A stretch of 62,985 nt of DNA, filler included, from Phoronis australis (taxonomy: Eukaryota > Animalia > Phoronida): NCBI GenBank assembly GCA_002633005.1. It is 6 parts of 6 records of this genome, joined end to end, with 100 filler letters (N's around TTAATTAATTAA, not from the genome) between each part and the next. Parts side by side here need not be neighbours in the genome. Positions count along the whole stretch, not along the records: positions 1 to 23,441 come from NMRA01001371.1; positions 23,542 to 29,092 come from NMRA01000885.1; 4 more parts are not named here. One strand, given 5' to 3'. Below, in pieces: positions 12,601 through 24,670 of this stretch (its first letter is position 1; each line of letters starts with the position of its first letter). Both the position numbers and the translations under genes were made by a program. The notes beneath the pieces were generated by a model that saw only the letters and a list, made by a program, of their open reading frames with translations, was not told the DNA's origin and made no database searches.

Positions 12601-15600
12601 GGACCAGAGGTAGACGGAGAGGTCATCCACATGACATGTGACCAAGAACTCTGATGTAGGGGACATGGCGAGGCTAGTGACAGGTACGTCTGTCAGGAAG
12701 CAGTCGACGAGCGCGCTGGACGGCAGGTCCCACACACGTACTGTGCAGTTCATGCAGGACGACACCAGCCAATGAGAGTTGGGGCTGAATGCCTGTTGAG
12801 TTTTATAATTAAAACAGATGTAGTTGCACACAAGCGACACAGCAATCATTAGGAGAAAGTTCAAAATGAAAACTGAGATGCGTCATGATTTTCATTTACA
12901 ACTTTCTTCTGTTACTATGGCCACAAACTAGTGTTCCAGCAATCACTCTTCCCTAACAAACAAAATGACAGTTAACTGAAACCAATTTTTTGTTACAAAA
13001 GGGCTTCTTTATCAATGCATAAGTGTAAGGAATTCAAATTTTACAAATGTTCAGGTAAATATAAGATTGAATTATAATTAAATTCACACAATGACACCTG
13101 CTTTTTCACAATAGACCTCGCTAATTAACATCTAAGACAGAAAGGTGACAATTTTTGCCCCTGTTGCAGTCACAACTGCGGAATCTCTCACCAGTTCTGT
13201 GAGGTCCACCATTGGGAAACCCACATCGGGTCCTATAAATTCTGAGTTTGCAGCTGCGTGTAAAGACAAAATCATCACAAGACGAGTAACAATTGGACCC
13301 ACACATCGAGTCAATGAATAACCAAAGGAGAAAACCACCAGCAACATAACAATAAGCTGGGAAGGTCAAAGGTCATAGTGCTACGTACCAAATCTGTGAC
13401 ACGATTACTGTGGCCAGAGAATTTCCTGATTATGTTTCGTGTTTCAATGTCCACAACACTGATGGTATAGTTGGAGAGAGCTACAGCCAGCATGCAGCTT
13501 TAAGACAAGAAAATAGCATCTTGAGGCAGAAGGAATCTCATGGAGAGGAAAAATCAACACGGCCTTTGGACATTTTGCGTAGTGCTGTTGTGTCAACCCA
13601 ACATAAGTGTCTATTATTGTATATTCTAGTACATAAATGTTTACATGGAATAACTGTATAATCCTAATTTTCACTTGATAACCACAACATTAAGGTTAAA
13701 AGTTCGAGATTTTACTCAATAAGTTTTAACTCACATTCGCAGCTCGAATATAGGGGTCGTCCAGTGTGACCTTGGACTAGAAACTCATACGTATACACCA
13801 TAATGTACTTGAGCACAGACAAATAGACAATTATTGTAGAACGGAAAATGCCAAAAAATTCATATTCCATTTCAAGAACTAAGATTAGGCTATGTCCCCA
13901 TGACCTGAAGTCCAAACTTTTAACGACAATTAAGTTTCTATATTAACTGTTCTACTCAAGATGACTGTTATAGCTAGCAAACACTGAGGAAACACCAAAG
14001 TTTCACTGTAAACATGTTTAGGGTAAGGTATAGATTCGTTTCACATCGTTTTTTATAGCTTAAAGTGAATATAAAAAGTGTGGGACGATTCCGTACACTA
14101 TGAGACTAAATAAGAAAATCTCATTTGAAAAAAATTGCCTTAAACACAGATGAGTGTCTCGCTAACCTTAGCACTTGACAACGATCCCAGGAGGCAGTGT
14201 CACCTAGTGGCATAAGTGCCTAGTGGCATAAGTATCTGCTTTAATTACTCAAGGCCGTGGATTGGAGTCCCACTGGAGCACACTGCTAGACCTTTGAGTC
14301 AGGTCTCTAGCTCCTCAGCTCGGTTTTAACTATATGTTAATAAAGCATTGAAATATTTTCAGGTAATCAGTGCAATGGGTTCACCTGAACGGCCTGTGCA
14401 TGTCTGGTACGAAGACCGCAAGCAATTATTTTTTATTTAATGATCCCAGCATTAAGGCCCAATTTTGAAATCTTGATCTCAATTTGTAGGTTCAATATAA
14501 AGGTCATCCAGTGTGAGCGTGAATTAGATAGTTCCCACCCTCTGTCCATTGGTTGGGCTATAAAAGCGTACTAGGTTCTTGTCTGCACCAGGGCTCACTT
14601 TGAAAACAGCGCCTTACTAAGAAAAAGCCACCTGCCTGTATCAATTTCAACCAAAGTCTTGAATGCCAAGCGAACGCATGCAAGCAAGGTTTCAAATGCC
14701 ACAACTTTTCGAGTTAGCCACAATCACACGATGACACACAGACCAGGGACCTAGCCACAATCACACGATGACACACAGACCAGGGACCTAGCCACAATCA
14801 CACGATGACACACAGACCAGGGACCTGTTTCATAACAACTGACTCAAGTCTAAGTCAAAAATTTAGTCTTAGGATTTGCACAACTATTTCTGAAAAATAA
14901 TTAAATTTTACTTGAGCAAAAATACAAAGACTCTGAGAACACACACCTGTCTATTACTTAGTGAAATAATTTCAATTAATTATTTCTAGACCATGATGAA
15001 CTCACAATTACATTGCAAAACCATTATTCAGAAACTGTAAAATGGAAGAGTTAGACGACAGACTATAGTACATGGACTGCTAACTCTGTATATTTTCAAT
15101 GGACGAAATCTGTGATCTTACACATAAGCCGTGACGGCACTATTCACTAGCAACACCTGGCAAAATAAGCAAGTTTTACTTCTGGCAAGTATGTCATCTG
15201 CTTCTGCATGGTCGGGTGCCAAAAGTACTCACGATACCAACAGTTCTGTTATTGGAAGACTTTGAACAGCGTTTCAATGCCGAAATATTTCCCCCCGTTG
15301 TACTGGACCGTAAAATAGATGTGGGAATTTCCCATCACAATACACTAACAGGAAACTGAAATTGGTAATTTAGGAGAGTGGCGCCTCCTATAGGACAGTA
15401 TCCAAGAAAATGTCGGAGTTGCGAATCTGTTGTCTAAATCTATGGTTAGACCAAATTCCTATCTAAGTCTTAAGTATTTGTTCATGAAACAGATTCAAGG
15501 ACCAACAACTCTTCCTTCTGGCTTCTATACTACATTTCATAATGAGTACTTTTATATTCAGACCATTCGACAGTGCAACGACAAATCGTCTAAAGGAGGT

Positions 15601-18600
15601 TGATGGTTATGATGACTTCAAACACAGACTCATTATAGCTGTCCCTACCTTGCTTTTCAGTCATGTCATTGTATATACCATATAAAGGTTTTAATTTATT
15701 TTTAATTCAATTTGTAAATTCAATTTGTAAAATGTTCATTTTAATTTAATGTAACTTAATTTAATCTATCTTTAGTTAATCAATTTTTGTTTGCTTTGAC
15801 AGGAACATGCTGTATATTTACCTTTGGCTAAAGCATGTTTTGTATTTTATCCTCTATATATATAAAGTTTATTATTATATTTATAATTATAATTATTATT
15901 ATTATTATTACACATCAAACAAAAGTAAACTAATTTCACATTCTCACCTGTCTCGATGAAGACACATATGCTCCGCTGGACACCCCAGTTTCACCGCGTC
16001 CAGCAGTTGTTTACTTTTGAACTTCCAAAACTTTAGCTGACCGTCACCCCCCAGTGAGACTGTCAGTTGATTCAGGCCATCCACCACAACATCCCGGACA
16101 CAGCTGTCGTGAGCTGTCAGAGAACATAGGTCGATTAGGAGAGAACACGCAGCTGACAAATAACTGGCAATTGCTATTGAAAGGTCATTAGGTCACGTGA
16201 TGTGGCGTACTGGCAAGATTTAAATGTTTGCAACATGTTGAAAGGAAGTTATGTGAAATAAGTAATACGTTACTGTATTCAGAGCCAGAAAATATATTTT
16301 ATAAAATGTCTTTTTCAAACAAAGACTAAAACTTGTTCATATTAAATAACATGTCTTTACAAGTTCAACAATTAATTAGTTTAGCTTACAACTATTTTCA
16401 TGCTTCTGCCCTCTCAGTGCACAATAATGAAATATAATTAGAGAAATTATTAACACACACAATAATAGTAATTTATACTTCAACGCAGAGAGACATTAAA
16501 ACTCAACAACTTCAGGACCATTATATGTTCAAGAGAAAAATAACACTACGCAGTAAAGCCAGTAGATAGTTACAACCTTTGGGATTGCCATAGGCTCCCC
16601 TGTGTATTCCTGATTGGATGTTGTAGCAGTCCATGTGACCTGTGTTGTAGCCAATGATGACAAAGTTACCACAGGAGGTGATGGCCACACACTGTCAACA
16701 ATGAAGAATATGCCAGTATTGATCCAGCAATTATTACACTAAAAGAGTTCTATACTGACCACGTTATTCCAATACTCATAAAACAATTATTACACTTGGA
16801 CATTCTTGAATAATCACCATAATCCAACAGAGAGAAGCAGGTGAAGGAGGGAGAGAAAGAGGGAGGGATGAAGAGAGACTGTTTTGCCAAATAATCACAG
16901 CAACTGCACCCTACTGCATGTCCCGTTTTTCCCACACGAAGCAATGCCATTAACTTTGGCTTACACAATCAAAACCTTTAATCAAAAATAAAGATTAACA
17001 CTAAAATGCAGCTTATATTAAAAGATATTTTTTAATCTACCTGAGCCTCAACGTTCGTCATTGCCTTGAACCTATCATGTAGCAGTCTGTGCTGACCCAT
17101 ACTTGACCTCTGATAGTTCCATGTGGTAACAGAATCCAATCCGTGGTGGCAGGCGGCGATACCGTCCCAATCACTTTGCCGACTCATTTCTGGAAAGCAA
17201 ATGGGCTACTTTACGACTGTTTGCACAACGCTTGTGTCCCAATACTAATACACAATGGCCATTTTACAGACAGATGATGTCACATAACAAAAGATTGTGG
17301 GAAACCAACTGATGATGACAGGGAGCGTGCACCAACACTTCCTGCCACCATTAGTCTGAATGACGAGATATCCTACAAATTTCTAATCGTTTAAAAGATT
17401 TATTCAACTAATGTAAAGAAATGTGGCTGCCTGACACTCCCAGACGCATTTTCAGCAGAATACTGGACATTCGTTTCACAAAGATAAATCCATGTTCAAC
17501 AGCCTATCCATAACGTTTTTGATCATGAAAGAGAAAACTTATACAAGAAACAGAAAACAATGATGGATGTTTTCACCGTTGTAACGTGCATCGTCACAAA
17601 GGACCAGGGGGAGGGTAATTAATGGTGAAACATATCTCTATGGTAACGGAGGATTAGTACTTCCGAATCAGTAGACAACGCCAAAAACATTGCCCACACC
17701 TGTAACTACACATTATAAAACTCTAAATAAACAAGAATATGATACAGCACCCACAACAAATTCTTCAAGCACTCGACAAGTACTTTCACGAGCATTGTCA
17801 AGACATTGCCAAAACTGCATATAGTTTAACTTTAGTACCCGAGACAAAGTTTGTAATTGGAGGCATCATGTGTTTGTCTCTCTTCAGCCCCAGTCTTCTG
17901 GTCTCCGTTTTGTTGAATGAGGCACGCCCCAGACTTTTGTTGTGTCGGTCATGCACCGTCGATAGTGACCTCAACGTGCTGTCCTGACCTGCAAACAACA
18001 AAAAAGACCGTAGACGACAGTGCTACAAAGGTAACCGATACTTCACTCAAAATGGCAGTGATTGTTGGGCTTGGAAGAAGAAACAACAGATGTCACTGAA
18101 GACTGAACTGAGTTTTTTGGTATTTACAAGTCTTCATTACACGCACCATAAGCACCATGGCTGCAAACAGACTGGTTCCGTGACCAAACACTTTTAAGTT
18201 ACCAGTTGGTACTCTAGGACTTCAATTGTTGCAGGATTGCAAAAAATGTTTTTTTCAAGAGATGTATTCTATGCATAATTACCCAGTGTAAATTTCTTTT
18301 GTAATTAAGCCTGACCACCCCTGCCTTTCTGCTGCAACCCAAAGAATTACCTGCGCTCAGGATATTCTGTCCATTGTTACCATGAAATCTAACTTTGCAC
18401 GGTGGGGCACTGTGCCCTGACCTGTGCCTCAGCAGACGGCCCCCACCGTCGGGCTGGTCAAAGATCCACACCTTGAAACAGAAAGGAACATTGCACCAAT
18501 CCCGCAGACCAAGAATCAACATAGCATGTAGTTACATGTAGAGATCGTGGTTGGAATCTGACTTCCTTCACAGACGTTAAGATTTTGAAAGGAATTTACA

Positions 18601-21600
18601 TAATTATATGACAGTAGCAGATACTACAATTCTAATATTTTTGCTTTTTGATTACCAAAAAAATTAAGAATATAATCCATCAAATTTGACAATTATCGGC
18701 AATAAATGTTCGCGAAACAGTTAACATGGTGAGCAACAATTTGTCAGAAAAACGCAGCTGCAACTTGATTCCACGGAATCAATAATGCAATTCCAATACC
18801 ACTTTTAAGGTACTGATCACTTGGAAATAGTAAAACAAAATTTGGTATTAAGCAGAAAAAAAAACATAGAATTTTAGGTTGCTAAAACAGATTTCTCAGT
18901 TTTTGAAAACGGAAAACCATCATTTCTATAAATGGCAAAGAAGACAATTAGCAAGTTTCCTTGTACAAAGATGTACGTATGAGTACAGGGATTGACAAGG
19001 AACCAAGTTATGACTTGGAGAGCAGCAGAGCATATGGAGGTAGAAAATAGGGGAAAGCAGGGTTAATTGTTACAATTGGCCTGGCTCTCCCCAACATTTG
19101 AGCTCCTCAGATGGTTATACTTCAGTAAATAACACAAAATTGATGACATAGTTAGTATTAAAAAACGTGGAAATTCCTGGCTCCACGAACACAGAACTTT
19201 GCAAAATCACTCTCCAATAATCCAATGATGACAAAAATGCATGCAAATCCTGGCGTGGAAATTACCACTGGGCAATGGCATCAAAATAAGATAACTAAAA
19301 TCTGGCATATTTGACAAGGACTAATCATTATCAATATTGTTTTTGACCAGGATAGCAGTGGATCTCCAGCCAAACTTCAATACAATAAGGTAGACACCAC
19401 TGTCCAAGCTTGAATAGGGCCATCTAATTTTCAGGTCCATTAATCTGACAAGTAAAGTAAAGATCATTCAAGCATGATGAATTAAGTGAAGTCGAAAGAG
19501 TTACTCATTGTCACTCACCAGCCCTAACTTTCTGTTTGAAGGGCATTACTTGCAACTAACAATTCCTATGTCATACCTTTACAGAGTTATCTGCCGATGA
19601 TGTGACCAACAGCGGCTCCGACGGCAGGCACTTCATCCCCGATACGGCACCCTGGTGAGCATCACGTATCTCGCTCTGGAGACGGCGCTCCTCCAAGTTC
19701 CACAGGGCAATATGGCCGATGGAGCTGCCAGTAGCCATGATAGGGTGGCCATCTTGAGGAGAGAGAAAACTTCAAAGTAGCATTTTAGCTTGCACCTATC
19801 TATAATTTTCCCAAATTTCGCTACAACTGCCAAGTGTGCATTATGGAAACTCTAAACTTGAAAGCTGATGCACAGATAAATCTTGTGCATATTCATTACA
19901 GGATCACGTTTCAAATCTTAGTTTTTTTCTGTAATACACTTGGAGCAGCTTTTAAATACAGCAAGATCGAATACTTAATATTCTTTCACTGCCACTTTCA
20001 CTATCAATTATTTTTGCATTTTCCCAGTCATTTATAGGGTTATTTTTTCTTGTGTGATGAGTGAATGTGACACTAGACAAAGAAGAATAAGGGGATCTAT
20101 CTGCGTTTGAAAAAAATCCAACGCCATGAACAGAGACGATGGCGCATTTAAACTTTCCTGTGTATATAACGTCATCTTGACCCCCAGTACATCACAGGGT
20201 CACACTGAGGAAGGAAAAAGACAACAACGACTTTCGAAAAACTTCTGCCATTTAATGATTTTCGGTATTTTTATAAGAAATTTCTACTGTAAATCTTTCC
20301 ATCTATTATTTTGAATATAGGCTTCCACTTTTAAATCCAAAGGCATATTCACAACTGACTACAGTACAACAGAAAGCAAAAGAATAGCACAATTCCTGAC
20401 CCACCTGTTCTGAATGTAATATTGGTGACTGGGCCCCAGTCCTGGGTGAATGTCATAACAGTCTCATCGTACTTCAGGTTGTGCAAAATGACGCGACCGT
20501 CTTGGAGACCAATAGCAACCACATCGACAGCCGGTGCCTGCACACAGTACACATCATATCAATGACAATGTCACTCTTAGGCCGAAATCAAACATCATAC
20601 AACACAGTAACGATCTGGGCAGAAGAGTACACTGCACATCAAGGTAGTCCATGACAAATGACTTACTACCATGTCCTGAGAGGGCTGACCTTTTGACCTA
20701 CTTATGATTCTGATGCAATGGACTAGGTGTTACAGTGACTTAAAAGGCATCAAGTCAGACAATTCCATTACTTTAATGCATATACAAGGCATATCTTCAC
20801 AAAATTCTCAAGACGAGATCTCCATATTTTAAATACAATTGAGGAGCTTCCCGAAATTTTTGCACATTTTTGTACCACAAAAATCTGACTCTACTGGCAA
20901 CAGCTTTAAGACACCCACCTGCTCGAGAGCGGTGACTGGCTCTGACCAACCACGGAACTCAAACAGTCGCCGGTTCGTACGTATGTTCCACAACTGCAAT
21001 GCCCCCTGGTGGCTGGCCAACAGGACCTTGTTCAGGTAGGTAGTAGGGTGCATCATAGCAGTCACTAGGAATGATGTTGGATCAAACTGGATCTCCAGGT
21101 AGAGATCTGCAAAGATGGAATATCTAGTACGAGGATATATCCCACTGAAGATTCTGTTTTCATTTTCCATAAGTTTCCAAGGATCATTCTCATTTTCCAT
21201 TAATAACAGTACATTTTTCCAGAAAAATGTTGACATCTTTGCTTAGTGAGTTGCCAAAAATAAATGAATGCATAAACTTGCAATATGACTCATAAAATGA
21301 GTTTTTATCTTATGGCAACATTCCCTAAGTTTTTACTCTGTTTTCCCTTTTTATGGAAAAACATTTTTTGCCATTTTCCAGGATAAGGATGACAAGGAGC
21401 CAAGATAGAGAGGACGACACCCACTCCGTGTTAGCTCTAGACTGGCACACCGAACAACTCGACAAACGTCACTCGACAACGCCACCTCATTCAGCCCAGT
21501 GCGGTCACCGTATGGAATAACCACATCCTCCATGTGCTCTTTTACACTGAGAGGAAAAACAACAGCAGACAACGGTGACACTGCACTCAGCCATGAACAC

Positions 21601-22468
21601 ATTTGGTTTAGAGTACAACGTAAAGACGAGCATGCTAAGTATCTGGAAGTATTTTTCAACTTTGCAAACGACCTCAAATAAGCCGAAACCCACAATACAG
21701 CCATAACTCTTGCCTGGCATCGGAAGGACATGGATTAGACGAATTTATGTAAAATGGAAACTGGCGGCAGAGAAGCACGTGAAACCTAACAGCATGAAAA
21801 CAAGGTTGAAAAATTTGCCAGCAGGATGTTAAACGCAGCCAGTAGATTCTGTGGACATTATAAAGCACAGAGGGATTTCGCAATGTGACAAGAAGAGGGT
21901 CAAATTTGTAGAAGGCAATCTTAATGCTCAATGTGGTTATCAGGTGAAGTTCTTTATCTACTTGCAGTTAAAGGTTAAAAAGACTTATAACAAAGTAGGG
22001 TGGCTTCTATACAATGAAAAAACTTCTTTAAGGCAATCACGCCAAACAGATCGCATATTGTGATTCACTACAGTATAAGACAAAAAGAAGCAGACATAAC
22101 ACCACTTTCCACGTCACGACAGCTTATTCTGATATCAGCAAAAATGACTGGTAATAACTATCAGAGCATCAAAATTCTAATTAAAAAATGGCTCAGCCAC
22201 CTTTCTAACCTTCCTATTAATTCCCCTTCATTCGTGTTCATCAGGGGAGACTTCTCCGCCCAGCAGTCACGACAGGGAATTCCGGGTCATTTTGTTTGAA
22301 TACTTTTGGTTTGTAATGCGTATCAAAAGTTACAAATTGCCACAGCAAACCTTCAGAAGCAATGTCCCAGATCTTCAGACAGCCTGTTGCATCAACAGAG
22401 ATGAGATGACCGCCAAACGGAAGGAGCAGGTGAACGTCTGCTTCGTGCCCTTCATAGGTATGACACAC
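6653..22468 (-). CDS. WDR36: WD repeat-containing protein 36 (U3 snoRNP/SSU processome UTP21 homolog), 5'-partial, 16 exons, 799 aa visible
   Basis: Exons in transcription order: 22351-22468, 20919-21106, 20405-20537, 19577-19752, 18351-18471, 17839-17988, 17041-17189, 16577-16691, 15948-16113, 13389-13497, 12498-12792, 10942-11090, 9175-9291, 8534-8609, 7716-7903, 6653-6802(TGA). All GT-AG with consistent phases (2400 nt in total). Motifs: MHPTTYLNKVLLAS..G.LQLWN, APAVDVVAIGL..G, GHSAPP, SRQSDWDGI, SCGNF..IG, Utp21 C-terminal LVTL.LLP.SRW..LL.LD.IK.KNKPKEPPK.PK.APFFLPT, ending NYLKSATL*. Confidence 0.95.
6900..7350 (+). mobile_element. Possible decayed LINE 3' tail in the last WDR36 intron
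   Basis: T-rich tract, short GC hairpin, AATAAA, then a (CT)-rich tail. No RT motif is left. Confidence 0.25.
11732..12418 (-). repeat. Near-identical duplicate of 10951-11730 including a truncated second copy of one WDR36 exon (11732-11871); probably allelic/assembly duplication
   Basis: The two copies abut at a single 'n' (11731). The second exon copy lacks its donor. They differ by a few SNPs (LALLP vs LSLLP) and an intronic indel. Confidence 0.8.
14191..14340 (+). mobile_element. Decayed tRNA-derived SINE
   Basis: A-box-like gtgtcacctagtgg (with an internal short duplication), B-box-like ggattggagtccc, then a core-like gacctttgagtcagg segment. Confidence 0.45.
14715..14825 (+). repeat. 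Tandem repeat, 3 x 37 bp
   Basis: tagccacaatcacacgatgacacacagaccagggacc at 14715, 14752 and 14789. Confidence 0.9.
14821..15496. mobile_element. Harbinger-like MITE carrying a nested MITE
   Basis: Termini ggacctgtttcata / catgaaacagattc, preceded by CAG. Confidence 0.5.
15052..15436. mobile_element. MITE family copy 1 (TAGAC..GTCTA termini)
   Basis: Shares long blocks with 38096-38757 (tattttcaatgga..gaaatctg..taagccgtgacg; tattggaagac.ttgaacagcgtttcaatgccga; gttgcgaatctg..gtcta). Confidence 0.7.
15510..15910 (+). mobile_element. Possible CR1/L2-group LINE 3' remnant with (ATT)n tail
   Basis: FYIQTIRQCN resembles the C-terminal F.P.TI..WN motif. T-rich UTR followed by an (ATT)n microsatellite. 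Confidence 0.3.
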
Positions 22469-23191
22469 CTGGAAAATCAGGTAAACCACTACAGCTTTTG
22501 GGCATAAATTTTGTATATTTCATGGACTCTAAGAACACCACACGAATGTCAGCCAATTTCCAACTGGCAGGAAAATCTCCAACTCAAAACTGCTTCAACG
22601 CCAGTCTTCCATAGTTCAAATTAAAGAGGTTTACTTGAGTCGTACTAGAATAAAAAAGCATAACTGCCAATACTTAAGAAGACTCTAGTTAAGGATATAA
22701 ACACTAAAGACAGCATACCTCAATACGACTGTTAGGATCAAACATGTTTTGATCAACTGACTCTATGTGTTGTGCTTCATCTTGAGTATGTTGCATTCAA
22801 GAAGGCGAAACATCTTTAGATCAGTTTTGACATTGAGAATGAACAAACGTATGTTCAAAGATCCACAACCAATATATCAATGAATGTGTTTTACTGCTCC
22901 CTGTGTTTATGATTGGACAGTTACTCCAAGGATTAACCTACGACCAAAACATTTTATTTCGTCTTCTTGAACGCAATGAACTTAAGATTGTGCGCAATAT
23001 GTCAAGTCAGCATTTTACCACTACATGCCTGAAGGAAGGACAAAAGCATACTATTATAATCCAAGTAAACACTTATGTGTATATTATGTTCCACAAAATA
23101 CATTTTAAAACTTTGACAAGCTCGCTTTGTTTTCGTACTTACATAGTTATCAGTTAAAAGTGTTCATAATTCATCGTTGTCTTCTGTGATG

Positions 23192-23414
23192 ATAGTAAAA
23201 TTGAGAGACGTTACTTAAGACCATAAGTTAGTTAAGCATAACATTTCCAGCCTGCAGCTCAGGCTCTTGTTCACATGACTGATCTTTCCATTGTTACTTC
23301 CGCTTCAACAATGGTGGGAAGATCAGTCATGTGAACAAGGGGCTGAGCTGCAGGCTCGAAATGTTATGATTACCTAACTTATAGTCTTCTAGTAACTTCT
23401 CTCGTTTTTACTAT
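23192..23414. mobile_element. Palindromic (foldback) MITE, ~105-bp arms
   Basis: cataacatttccagcctgcagctcaggctcttgttcacatgactgatctt inverted against aagatcagtcatgtgaacaaggggctgagctgcaggctcgaaatgttatg, extending out to atagtaaaa/ttttactat. Confidence 0.75.
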
Positions 23415-23441
23415 ATCAGTGTTCTCCACTATACACAATTA

Positions 23442-23541
23442 NNNNNNNNNNNNNNNNNNNNNNNNNNNNNNNNNNNNNNNNNNNNTTAATTAATTAANNN
23501 NNNNNNNNNNNNNNNNNNNNNNNNNNNNNNNNNNNNNNNNN
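23442..23541. other. Artificial 100-nt contig spacer (N44-TTAATTAATTAA-N44)
   Basis: Identical spacers at 29093-29192, 51661-51760, 54997-55096 and 59772-59871. TTAATTAATTAA gives stops in all six frames. Confidence 0.95.
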
Positions 23542-23708
23542 GACAAATTTACCAAAACTGCACGGTGTATTCAAACGTTATCTCTATTTTGGAATCGAAT
23601 TTCGACTTAACTTTGATAATGTCTGCCATATTGGAAGACTGCGAGTTTTATTTTTTTATTTTTTCACATATTTCTTGCTGTAAAGTTTAGTGACACACAC
23701 CTTTACCA

Positions 23709-23786
23709 CCGTTCTCTATGATTCAAGAGTTATTGCTAGCGTTTAATCCGTTCTCTATGATTCAAGAGTTATTACTAGCGTTTAAT
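23709..23786 (+). repeat. Tandem duplication, 2 x 39 bp
   Basis: ccgttctctatgattcaagagttatt(g/a)ctagcgtttaat at 23709 and 23748. Confidence 0.85.
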
Positions 23787-24377
23787 CACGCCGGTACATG
23801 ACTTATTGAGAAGTTAAAATGCTCACAACTCACGTTGGAGGACAGTGACAAAATGGCGACTTTGCTGTATTAAGCGACATGTTCAAAGGGATCTTTGTCA
23901 TCGGTAAAAGTTTACCTATGATACATTTGATGACACTCTGCGTTGTAAAGAGTGCACACAATTTGGCATTTAGATTTCCGTTTGCATATTTATCCAATTC
24001 CAAAAAATGAAGTTGCTTTCAATTTTGGCGTATAGACTGATATTTGAAAATCTCCTAGTTTTTACATAAACTGTTTTTTCTACTTCAGGCTACATCGAAG
24101 TCAGAAAATGTGACACATTTTATTTGATTCACAGTAACACGCTAGACTGAGTCGTCATGGTAACAGTTTGCATGTCATCTTTCATATTTAACCGCGTTTG
24201 TATTGCTGACATGTTCTTAGGTACATTCAACGTGAAAAGTATTGTTGGGATCGCATTCACCTTACTGTAATGAGATCACTTCAGATTTAAGTTCCTAAAT
24301 GTAACACTCAATTATTTGAAAACTGCAACTATTATTAAAATCTCTTGGTCTATTTACACCGATCTCTTGTCTACTTA

Positions 24378-24437
24378 CACTGTCACGACGTTTCGACGTT
24401 TCGGTAGGTCTATTCTCCGGCCATCGTCAGGTGTTTC
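24378..24437 (-). ncRNA. Type I hammerhead ribozyme-like motif (left arm)
   Basis: Minus strand reads cac-CTGACGA-t-ggccgg..cctacc-GAA-acg-tcgaaa-cgt-C-gtg: intact core, 3-bp stem III, GUC site; stem II has two mismatches. Confidence 0.5.
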
Positions 24438-24474
24438 AGCGTTCTTAGAAGAACGAGGACGGATATGTGGTACA

Positions 24475-24554
24475 TCCGCGGTGTAGCGGTTAAGGTGCTG
24501 GACTCGAATTATCTGTAGTTTCAGAAGTCGTGGGTTCAAATCCTGCCTCGGACA
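24475..24554 (+). pseudogene. tRNA-derived sequence (pseudo-tRNA / SINE head, Ser-CGA-like)
   Basis: A box ggtgtagcggttaagg, ctggactcgaa anticodon-arm-like segment, B box ggttcaaatcc, imperfect acceptor stem tccgcg/ctcgga. The cloverleaf is irregular. Confidence 0.6.
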
Positions 24555-24610
24555 AAAAAATCACACCAGGTTTGTACCACATATCTGAACTCGTTCTTAT
24601 AAGAACGCAG

Positions 24611-24670
24611 GAACACCTGACGATGGCCGGAGAATAGACTGACCGAAACGTCGAAACATCGTGACAGTGT
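24611..24670 (+). ncRNA. Type I hammerhead ribozyme-like motif (right arm)
   Basis: cac-CTGACGA(24617-23)-t-ggccgg..ctgacc-GAAAC(24645)gtcgaaacATC-gtg. Stem I cac/gtg; stem III has a mismatch. Confidence 0.45.

Noticed and set aside
22903-23157. Missing 5' WDR36 exon
   Set aside because: The candidate minus-strand acceptor near 23030 leads to stops in all frames and no WDR36 N-terminal motifs were seen.
23486-23497. Recurrent TTAATTAATTAA as a biological motif
   Set aside because: Always centred in a 100-nt N spacer, so it is an assembly linker.
24475-24554. Functional tRNA gene
   Set aside because: Acceptor and anticodon stems are mismatched, there is no immediate T-run terminator, and it is embedded in a repeat-like structure; treated as a SINE head.
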